This document shows, piece by piece, positions 26,471 to 33,963 of a stretch of DNA of 33,963 nt. This stretch comes from an uncultured Muribaculaceae bacterium (lineage in GTDB: Bacteria > Bacteroidota > Bacteroidia > Bacteroidales > Muribaculaceae): the NCBI GenBank assembly GCA_947173755.1, contig CAMWGM010000001.1, positions 1 to 33,963 on the forward strand, written 5' to 3'. Position 1 is the stretch's first letter; each line of letters opens with the position of its first letter. The notes under the pieces were generated by a model, which saw only the letters and a program-made list of their open reading frames with translations, was not told the origin of the DNA and made no database searches. Both the position numbers and the translations under genes were made by a program.

Positions 26471-28084
26471 GTGGAAACCAAGTATATCTTTGTGACCGGC
26501 GGCGTGGTGTCGTCGCTCGGAAAAGGCATCATAGCATCGTCGCTCGCCTGTCTGCTTAAGGCCCGCGGCTTTCGCGTCACCATCCAGAAATTCGATCCGT
26601 ATATCAACATCGATCCGGGAACACTTAACCCCTACGAGCACGGAGAATGTTATGTGACGGTGGATGGTCATGAGGCCGACCTGGATCTGGGACATTACGA
26701 ACGATTCACGAACATCGCCACGACACGTGCCAACAATGTGACGACGGGCAGAATCTATCAGAGCGTGATCGACAAGGAGCGTCGGGGCGACTATCTGGGA
26801 AAGACGGTGCAGATCATTCCCCATATCACCGACGAGATCAAGCGCTGCGTGATGGCGCTTGGAAAAACAGGAAAGTTTGATTTCATCATCACGGAGATCG
26901 GAGGAGTGGTGGGCGACATCGAGAGTCTCCCCTTCCTCGAGGCTGTCAGGCAGATGAGATGGGAGTATGAGGATGACACCCTGTGTGTCCATCTGACCTA
27001 TGTCCCCTATATCGCCGCCGCAAAGGAACTGAAAACCAAACCGACGCAGCACTCTGTGAAGCAACTTCAGCAACTGGGTATTCAGCCTGACGTGCTCGTG
27101 CTCCGCACCGAGCATGACATTCCGGCCGAGATGAGAAGGAAGATAGCCCGTTTCTGCAATGTCAGTCCCAATGCTGTCGTGCAGAGCAAGGATGCTCCGT
27201 CGATCTACCGTATCCCGGTGCTGATGCACGAGCAGCATCTTGACGACATCGTGCTCCGAAAACTCCACGCACCTCTTGAAAAGGAGCCTGACATGGAGCC
27301 GTGGCACGACTTCCTGACAGCGATGGAGACAGCCGAAAAGAAGGTCACCATCGGGCTTGTGGGAAAATATGTCGAACTGCAGGACGCATATAAGTCGATC
27401 AACGAGGCGCTGTTTCAGGCCGCCACTTACGCCGGGCGCCGTCTTGACCTGAAATATATCCATTCGGAAAAGATCACACATGAGAATGTCGGCGAAAAAT
27501 TGGCCGGACTCGACGGAGTGGTAGTGGCTCCCGGTTTCGGACAGCGCGGCATCGAAGGAAAATTCGTGGCACTCGAGTGGTGTCGCACCCATGATGTGCC
27601 GACTCTGGGCATTTGTCTCGGAATGCAGTGCATGGTGATAGAGTTCGCGCGCAACGTGCTCGGGCTGAAGGATGCCAATTCGACCGAGATGGATCCGCAT
27701 ACTCCCCACAATGTCATCGATCTCATGGAGGAGCAGAAGAGCATCCACAACATGGGAGGCACGATGCGTCTGGGCGCCTATGACTGCCGTCTGAAAGAGG
27801 GAAGCCGTGTGGCGGAGGCTTACGGAAGGACCGACATCAGTGAGCGTCACCGCCATAGATTCGAGTTCAACAATGACTATCGCGAGGCATTCGAAAAGGC
27901 CGGGATGAAGTGTGTGGGTGAAAATCCCGAGACACATCTCGTGGAGGTGGTCGAACTGCCTGAAAAACGCTGGTATGTCGGCACACAGTACCACCCCGAG
28001 TATCAGTCGACAGTCCTGGCTCCTTCGCCGCTTTTCAAGTCATTTGTCGGAGCCGCGATAGAATATGGCGAAGAAAAAAATTGA
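26471..28084 (+). CDS. pyrG: CTP synthase
   Basis: KYIFVTGGVVSSLGKG, DPYINIDPGT, DLDLGHYERF, KTKPTQHSV, GICLGMQ, ERHRHRFE, QYHPE; GTG start. Confidence 0.99.
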   Translation: METKYIFVTGGVVSSLGKGIIASSLACLLKARGFRVTIQKFDPYINIDPGTLNPYEHGECYVTVDGHEADLDLGHYERFTNIATTRANNVTTGRIYQSVIDKERRGDYLGKTVQIIPHITDEIKRCVMALGKTGKFDFIITEIGGVVGDIESLPFLEAVRQMRWEYEDDTLCVHLTYVPYIAAAKELKTKPTQHSVKQLQQLGIQPDVLVLRTEHDIPAEMRRKIARFCNVSPNAVVQSKDAPSIYRIPVLMHEQHLDDIVLRKLHAPLEKEPDMEPWHDFLTAMETAEKKVTIGLVGKYVELQDAYKSINEALFQAATYAGRRLDLKYIHSEKITHENVGEKLAGLDGVVVAPGFGQRGIEGKFVALEWCRTHDVPTLGICLGMQCMVIEFARNVLGLKDANSTEMDPHTPHNVIDLMEEQKSIHNMGGTMRLGAYDCRLKEGSRVAEAYGRTDISERHRHRFEFNNDYREAFEKAGMKCVGENPETHLVEVVELPEKRWYVGTQYHPEYQSTVLAPSPLFKSFVGAAIEYGEEKN

Positions 28085-28131
28085 GAAGAATTACCATAAT
28101 AAACACAAAAATAATCACAACAAGCGACTAA

Positions 28132-30228
28132 ATGGATAAGAATACCCTTATGGGCATGCTGCTGATGGCTCTGGTGATCTTCGGATTCACCTGGCTCAAT
28201 CAGCCGTCACAGGAAGAACTCGAGCGTCAGCGTCAGGAACGCGAACGCATGGAGCAGGCCGAGGCGGCTAAGGCAGCCGATCCCGGAAACCTTACTCTCG
28301 ATTCGATCACCGGAGCCGAGGCTGCCATGGTGGCGGCAACGGTCAGAGAACTCGGTGTCACCGACAGCGCCACCCATACCTCGACACTCCGTCTTGAAGG
28401 TGTCAGTCTCAGTGTGGATGGAGCAGGCACGGTAGGCGGCACAGTCACTACGACTTCTGGCGTGGTGGAGGTTGCGCCTCTTCTGGCAAACCGTCTCGAT
28501 GGTATGTCGATGACCGCTGCCTCGGAAGCAGTGGCAAATCTGCGCAAGGCGCTGACCACGGCAGTGCGCTACAAGGGATTTGCGCGCCATCTGGCCGGCG
28601 ACTCAACGACCGTCCGTCTGGAAAATGAGAAACTGGCTCTCGATCTTTCGAACAAAGGGGGCGTGATAGCCCGCGCCGAACTCAAGGATTATCAGAGTTA
28701 TGACTCGACTGCCGTCACGCTGCTCGATCCTGCCACAGACAGTTACGGTTTCACCCTTACGTCGGCCACACAGCGTTTAGACACCCGCGAGTTCTATTTC
28801 AATCCGGTTCAGGTCAACGATTCGACCGTCGTCATGCAGTTGGCGCTCGGCGATGGAGCCACATGGAACATCCGCTACACTTTGCCCAAGGATTCCTATC
28901 TCGTCAGAATGGATATCGAGCAGGAGGGTATGCAGAGCATAATCCCCTCGTCGGTGGCCACGATGGATCTTGACTGGCATCAGAAGATGCGCCGTCTTGA
29001 GGCGGGCAGAGTGTTTGAGGAGAGAAACTCCGCATTATATTATATGTATCCTGACGGAGATGTGGCAAATCTGTCGGAAAACAAGAATGACAAGAAAGAA
29101 GTCAACCAGCAGGTGAAATGGGTGAGCTGTAAAAACCAGTTCTTCTCGGCCGTGCTGATGTCGGCCACCAATTTCGCCGCCGCTGATATGGACAGCAAGA
29201 TGCTCGAGGATGACGCTGATTTCATCAAGGAGATGAATATCGCCCTCACGCTCGACTATTCGGCGTCGAAAGCCCGTCCGGCTTCGATGATCTTCTATCT
29301 CGGCCCCAATTCCTATCCGGTGATGAAGGCTGTCGAGAAGCAGGTGTTCCCCGAGGAGAATATGCATCTGACCAAACTCATTCCTCTCGGCTGGCCCATC
29401 TTCCGCTGGATCAACACGCTGATCATCATTCCGGTGTTCTCGTTCCTGGGATCGTTCATCTCGAACTACGGTATCGTGATCCTGCTCCTCACCATCTTCA
29501 TCAAGATAATCCTCTATCCCTTCACCTACAAGAGTCTGCGTTCGCAGGCAGTGATGCGTACGCTCGCGCCCGACATCAAGGCTATCAATGACAAGTATCC
29601 CGGTCAGGAGAACGCCATGAAACGCTCGCAGGAGACAATGGCTCTCTATACACGTGCCGGGGCTAACCCGATGTCGGGTTGTGTGCCGATGTTGCTGCAG
29701 ATGCCTGTGCTCGTCGCAATGTTCTGGTTCTTCCCTTCGGCCATCGAACTCAGAGGCAAGAGTTTCCTCTGGGCCAAGGATCTTGCCGCACCTGATGCCA
29801 TTATCTCATGGTCGCAGAACATTCCGCTGATTTCCGGAACTTTCGGCAATCATATCTCGCTCTTCTGTCTGCTCATGACAGTCACCAATATCATATATAC
29901 CCATTCGACCATGCAGACCCAGAACCAGTCGGGAATGCCGGGTATGAAATGGATGATGTATCTGATGCCGGTGATGTTCCTCTTCATCTTCAACAATTAT
30001 GCTGCCGGCCTGAGTTACTATTACTTCCTGTCGCTCCTGATCACCATCATCATGACATATGCTTTCCGTCATTTCGTCAGCGAGGACAAGATCAGGGCCA
30101 AGATTGCCGAGAATGCCAAGAAACCGAAGAAAAAAGGCTGGATGCAGCGTAAACTCGAAGAGGCTCAGAAGCAGCAGCAGGCCATGATGCGCGAACAGCA
30201 GCGTCGCGCAGGGGGCAAAAAGAACTGA
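28132..30228 (+). CDS. yidC: Membrane protein insertase YidC
   Basis: N-terminal TM (MDKNTLMG...), periplasmic domain with NQFFS and YLGPN, NYGIVILLLTI, NPMSGCVPMLLQMP, FLWAKDL, GLSYYY; follows pyrG. Confidence 0.97.
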   Translation: MDKNTLMGMLLMALVIFGFTWLNQPSQEELERQRQERERMEQAEAAKAADPGNLTLDSITGAEAAMVAATVRELGVTDSATHTSTLRLEGVSLSVDGAGTVGGTVTTTSGVVEVAPLLANRLDGMSMTAASEAVANLRKALTTAVRYKGFARHLAGDSTTVRLENEKLALDLSNKGGVIARAELKDYQSYDSTAVTLLDPATDSYGFTLTSATQRLDTREFYFNPVQVNDSTVVMQLALGDGATWNIRYTLPKDSYLVRMDIEQEGMQSIIPSSVATMDLDWHQKMRRLEAGRVFEERNSALYYMYPDGDVANLSENKNDKKEVNQQVKWVSCKNQFFSAVLMSATNFAAADMDSKMLEDDADFIKEMNIALTLDYSASKARPASMIFYLGPNSYPVMKAVEKQVFPEENMHLTKLIPLGWPIFRWINTLIIIPVFSFLGSFISNYGIVILLLTIFIKIILYPFTYKSLRSQAVMRTLAPDIKAINDKYPGQENAMKRSQETMALYTRAGANPMSGCVPMLLQMPVLVAMFWFFPSAIELRGKSFLWAKDLAAPDAIISWSQNIPLISGTFGNHISLFCLLMTVTNIIYTHSTMQTQNQSGMPGMKWMMYLMPVMFLFIFNNYAAGLSYYYFLSLLITIIMTYAFRHFVSEDKIRAKIAENAKKPKKKGWMQRKLEEAQKQQQAMMREQQRRAGGKKN

Positions 30229-30233
30229 CAGCG

Positions 30234-31454
30234 ATGTGCCGGCAGTGGCTCGTGGCAAGTGCCCTGGCTGTGGTTATCACGGCGTATGGTGCGACTGAAC
30301 TGACTCCCGACAGCATAGCCGACTATTCCATGATGGAATGTGGCTGTGAGTCGGTGGTCATCCCGGCCACGGCGAGATATGTCGGCACCGGGGCTTTCGC
30401 CGGATCTCCGTCGCTCAAGGAGGTCATCATCGAAGGATCGGAGACACGGCTGATGCCATATGCTTTCAGCGGTTGTCAGGCGCTCGAAAGAGTGATATGC
30501 CGCGCTTGCTCGATAACGGAGAGGTGTTTCAGCCGGTGCGAGAGTCTTAAGACTCTTGTGATGGGCGATTCGGTGAAAGAGATCGGCGACGGAGCCTTCG
30601 CAGGATGTCTGCAGTTGAGCGAAGTGGAGTTTCCTGAAACGATTGAAAGAATTGGCAGGGATGCGTTCGCACATTCCGGCCTCGAAACCATAGATCTTTC
30701 ATCCACTGCCATTACAGGACTCTCCGACGAGGCGTTTGCAGGGTGTGGCAACCTGTGTGAGGTACGTCTTCCTGCGGGACTCGTGCAGATGGGCGAGAAG
30801 GTGTTTTTCGGCGACACGTCGCTTGTCGTTGTCGAAATGCCGGCGCTTGCATCTGTTCCGGCTCTTGCTTTCGCTTGCGCCTCGCGGCTGACCGATCTTT
30901 CGGCACCTCTCGGGGAGGGCCTGGGCGAGATAGGCGATTTTGCCTTTGCGGGTCTTCGCGATGTCAAGGTGTTGCAGATGCCGTCGTCGCTAAGTTATAT
31001 AGGCGTGGGGGCTTTCGAGAGGACAATGTCACTCGATACGATCGACTGCCGGTCGCTTGAGGCTGTTCCCTCACTGGGGTCTGAAGTGTGGGCCGGTGTC
31101 AATTGCGCTCAGGTGTCTCTCCTGGCCTCCGAAGAAATGGCGCCCCTATTCGCCTCGGCTCCGCAATGGAGTAGTTTCGCAATCACCCGGACAACTTCCG
31201 GCGGCGGGATTTCAGCAGACCCGATCGAAAATATCGAGTGTCGGTTCGAAGGTGCCATGTTGCTTTTCAGGGCGATGAGACCATTGCGGCAAGTGAAGGT
31301 TTTCGATATCGAGGGCCGGTTGGTCGGCCGATGGTCAGGAACCGGCGACTCGGCGGAAGGATCGGTTGACACTTCGCGAACTGAGAATCCATTTTTTATC
31401 ATAGAATTCTCTTCTGCCGGTGGCGGAAGATCCACCATGAAACTAAGACGCTGA
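30234..31454 (+). CDS. BspA-type leucine-rich-repeat protein with putative T9SS C-terminal sorting domain
   Basis: Signal-like N-terminus; about ten IGxxAFxGCxxL-type repeats; A.QWSSF cap. The C-terminus (VKVFDIEGRLV...FIIEF...TMKLRR) resembles a T9SS type A CTD. Confidence 0.85.
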   Translation: MCRQWLVASALAVVITAYGATELTPDSIADYSMMECGCESVVIPATARYVGTGAFAGSPSLKEVIIEGSETRLMPYAFSGCQALERVICRACSITERCFSRCESLKTLVMGDSVKEIGDGAFAGCLQLSEVEFPETIERIGRDAFAHSGLETIDLSSTAITGLSDEAFAGCGNLCEVRLPAGLVQMGEKVFFGDTSLVVVEMPALASVPALAFACASRLTDLSAPLGEGLGEIGDFAFAGLRDVKVLQMPSSLSYIGVGAFERTMSLDTIDCRSLEAVPSLGSEVWAGVNCAQVSLLASEEMAPLFASAPQWSSFAITRTTSGGGISADPIENIECRFEGAMLLFRAMRPLRQVKVFDIEGRLVGRWSGTGDSAEGSVDTSRTENPFFIIEFSSAGGGRSTMKLRR

Positions 31455-32221
31455 TGGGAAAGAACAAACTTAAGAAATTTGCCGATATGGAGCGCTTCGG
31501 TTGCGTCTTCCAGTATCCTCAGTCGGTCATCAATGACGAGGGTGGCTGTCCGTTGCGCGGACGTTGGCATGAAGAAGTTTTTGGTAACGACCATCCGATT
31601 GTGCTCGAACTGGGATGCGGCAAAGGTGAATATGCTGTCGGGATGGGCAAGAGCGATCCTGAGGCAAATTTCATCGGTATTGATATAAAGGGTGCCAGGA
31701 TGTGGACAGGGGCGCGTCAGGTCGATGAGGAAGGAATTTCCAACGTCCGGTTTCTACGGACTTCTATTCATCTGCTCCCCGAGTTTTTTGCGCCGGGCGA
31801 GATAGACTCCATATGGATCACGTTTCCTGACCCTCAGATGAAGAAGGTCAACAAGCGCCTCACAGGAACTCACTTCCTGGATATCTATCGCAGGGTCGCT
31901 CCGGCAGGCGCGATGATCCATCTGAAGACCGATTCTCCTTTCCTTTACACCTACACTCTCGCCATGGCCCGACATAATGGGCTTGACATTGTGGCCGCTA
32001 CCCCCGACCTTTATGCCTCCGTATGGGCCGATCGGGTTCCGCGCATCACGACTTACTATGAACAGCAATGGCTCGGCCGTGGAATTCCGAGCAAATACAT
32101 AGCGTTTCGTCTGCCTGACGTCGGAGCCGTGCTCTCCGAACCGGAGATTGAGATCGAGCCGGACACATACCGGTCGTTCGGACGCGGAACCACTGAATTT
32201 TTAGCAAATATCGAAAAATAA
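31454..32221 (+). CDS. trmB: tRNA (guanine-N7)-methyltransferase
   Basis: LELGCGKGEY, FIGIDIKGAR, IWITFPDPQ, KRLT, HLKTD, TYYEQ. Confidence 0.96.
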   Translation: MGKNKLKKFADMERFGCVFQYPQSVINDEGGCPLRGRWHEEVFGNDHPIVLELGCGKGEYAVGMGKSDPEANFIGIDIKGARMWTGARQVDEEGISNVRFLRTSIHLLPEFFAPGEIDSIWITFPDPQMKKVNKRLTGTHFLDIYRRVAPAGAMIHLKTDSPFLYTYTLAMARHNGLDIVAATPDLYASVWADRVPRITTYYEQQWLGRGIPSKYIAFRLPDVGAVLSEPEIEIEPDTYRSFGRGTTEFLANIEK

Positions 32222-32222
32222 T

Positions 32223-33317
32223 ATGACTCTCTATCCCAAACTTATCACCGACGCTCTTTCGACCGTGCGCTATCCCGGCAACGGTAAACCTGTCACCGAG
32301 GAAATGCTCGAGGATGACCTGCGCATCGATGGCATGAAAGTGTCGTTCACACTGAAGTTTCCCAAGATGCCCGATCCGTTTATGAAATCGGTGGTCAAGG
32401 CTGCCGAGACAGCGATCCATACACATGTTTCGCCCGATGTCGAGGTGACCGTCAACACTTCGTCGGTGCGCCCCGCTCCGCAGAAACAGGCTCCTCTTCT
32501 GCCCGGTGTGAAGAATATCGTCGGAGTGTCATCGGGAAAAGGTGGTGTCGGTAAGTCCACCGTCGCAGCCAATCTCGCTGTTGCCCTGGCTCAGGAAGGC
32601 TATCGTGTCGGGCTGCTTGACGCCGATATCTTCGGTCCGAGCGTTCCCAAGATGTTCGGCATTGAGGATGAGCAGCTCTATATACACGATGTCGATGGTC
32701 GGCCGCTGATAATCCCCGTTGAGCGTTATGGTGTCAAAGTGTTGTCGATAGGTTTCGTAGTCGACCGCGATAAGGCAGTGCTCTGGCGAGGATCGATGGC
32801 GTCGAACGCTCTCAAACAGTTCGTCACCGATGCCGACTGGGGCGAACTCGACTATTTTCTCATCGATATGCCCCCCGGAACCTCAGACATACATCTGACT
32901 CTTGTGCAGACGCTGGCAATGACCGGGGTGGTTGTTGTGACGACACCCCAGGAGGTCGCGCTTGCCGACGCACGCAAAGGCATAGCAATGTTTATGGACG
33001 AGAAGGTCAACGTGCCCATACTCGGACTTGTGGAAAACATGGCTTATTTCACTCCGGCCGCCCATCCTGACGAACGCTATTATATATTCGGTAAAGAAGG
33101 CGGCGTGAAATTGGCTGAGTCGTTAGGAGTGAAACTTCTTGCGCAGATCCCGCTCGTGGGGACTATTGCCGAGACCGGCGATGCGGGAGAACCGGCCGCT
33201 CTCGATCCGACGACACTGACGGGACACGCTTTCGCGCATCTGGCTCACGAAGTGATCGCGGCGGTCGATGAGCGTAACAACACTCTTCCTCCGACAAAAA
33301 AAGTGGAGATTCACTGA
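32223..33317 (+). CDS. mrp: Mrp/NBP35 (ApbC) family Fe-S cluster carrier ATPase
   Basis: SSGKGGVGKST deviant Walker A, LDADIFGPS, WRG, DMPPGTSD, VVTTPQ, GLVENM; N-terminal DUF59-like domain. Confidence 0.95.
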   Translation: MTLYPKLITDALSTVRYPGNGKPVTEEMLEDDLRIDGMKVSFTLKFPKMPDPFMKSVVKAAETAIHTHVSPDVEVTVNTSSVRPAPQKQAPLLPGVKNIVGVSSGKGGVGKSTVAANLAVALAQEGYRVGLLDADIFGPSVPKMFGIEDEQLYIHDVDGRPLIIPVERYGVKVLSIGFVVDRDKAVLWRGSMASNALKQFVTDADWGELDYFLIDMPPGTSDIHLTLVQTLAMTGVVVVTTPQEVALADARKGIAMFMDEKVNVPILGLVENMAYFTPAAHPDERYYIFGKEGGVKLAESLGVKLLAQIPLVGTIAETGDAGEPAALDPTTLTGHAFAHLAHEVIAAVDERNNTLPPTKKVEIH

Positions 33318-33340
33318 TCTCCCTTTAAGAGAACAATATA

Positions 33341-33395
33341 AAAATGCACAATTCTCACGGGTGCCTCGGCGGCACTGATGAGAATTGTGCATTTT
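33341..33395 (+). terminator. Terminator hairpin after mrp
   Basis: Perfect 17-bp inverted repeat AAAATGCACAATTCTCA / TGAGAATTGTGCATTTT with an inner GTGCC/GGCAC stem. Confidence 0.75.
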
Positions 33396-33496
33396 CAATA
33401 TTTAACAGTATTTTCGGGCGGAAATCGATGTTTGTGGTCGAAGAAAGCGATTTCAGATAATCTAAATGTTAAATTAATGTTAAATTATAGAAAATA

Positions 33497-33528
33497 TTTG
33501 GTGGTTATGAGAGAAGTTTCTACCTTTG
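33497..33528 (+). promoter_or_regulatory. Promoter P1 of a probable rRNA operon
   Basis: TTTG, 20-nt spacer, TACCTTTG; AT-rich upstream region. Confidence 0.85.
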
Positions 33529-33643
33529 CACTCGCTTTCCGAAAGGGAGTGCTTGTGGAGACAGGCACGGCGAAGTTTGAACAACCGGGAATTGAAAAAG
33601 TTCGAAGGTTAAACGTTAAAACTTAGTTAAAATTTCAGAAAGT

Positions 33644-33675
33644 CTTGCACGGTTCGAAATTTCTCCGTAACTTTG
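33644..33675 (+). promoter_or_regulatory. Promoter P2 of a probable rRNA operon
   Basis: CTTG, 20-nt spacer, TAACTTTG; in tandem with P1. Confidence 0.8.
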
Positions 33676-33963
33676 CAAAACATTTCGGCGATGCTCTCGG
33701 GCATACCGGAAACAAGAGAACATTGAAATGATTGCAACGATGAAGTAGTACAAGAGACGAGTACACCGTCCGCCTCCGTTGAGGTCAGGACGGATGTCAT
33801 AAGATCTCTGTCAAATTCCATACAAGAAGATAATATCCGGCGTTTATATGAATCGGTTTCTGACCGGTTCGGGATCCGCGGGCCATCTGAAGGAAACGGT
33901 TCTGACTTAATACAGAACAACAAACACTGATAAGTTTGTCTGTTCTTTTTTGATTTGAAAAAG
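33676..33963 (+). other. Probable rRNA operon leader (16S gene would begin beyond the window)
   Basis: Tandem strong promoters and no credible CDS. boxA-like GAACATTGAAA (33718-33728) and AAGTAGTACAAGAG (33743-33756) match what I recall of Bacteroidales rrn leaders. No 16S sequence is present. Confidence 0.65.

Noticed and set aside
33378-33923. Short ORFs at 33378-33626 and 33627-33923
   Set aside because: They overlap a terminator, tandem promoters and a probable rRNA leader, and show no protein motifs.
33676-33963. 16S rRNA gene
   Set aside because: The 16S 5' signature AGAGTTTGATC is not in the window; only the leader is inferred.

Overview
Chromosomal window from a Bacteroidales bacterium, probably Muribaculaceae-like. 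The assignment rests on TAnnTTTG promoters, a SusC/SusD pair, a T9SS-type C-terminal domain and GC-rich coding regions with AT-rich spacers. Gene order: 'nadA, leuS, mdh, long-chain acyl-CoA ligase, asd, recA, second MDH-family gene, PfkB-like/TPR/ribH/DUF2851 operon, HAD-ribF, M13 peptidase, xseB, adk, hpt, orphan susC/susD, GT2 glycosyltransferase, pyrG, yidC, LRR protein, trmB, mrp, then tandem promoters and a leader typical of an rRNA operon that runs off the window. I found no transposase, integrase, tRNA or CRISPR array. The most unusual signals are non-coding. (1) Three ~97-nt tandem units after recA whose stems show compensatory changes and plus-strand G-U pairs, consistent with an array of structured RNA. 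(2) A promoter-to-terminator ~100-nt sRNA candidate downstream of susD. (3) A sORF/sRNA unit upstream of recA. (4) A duplicated palindrome bracketing the susC promoter. On the protein side, a motif-deficient PfkB homologue leads the ribH operon. All calls come from manual motif reading; no database searches were run.
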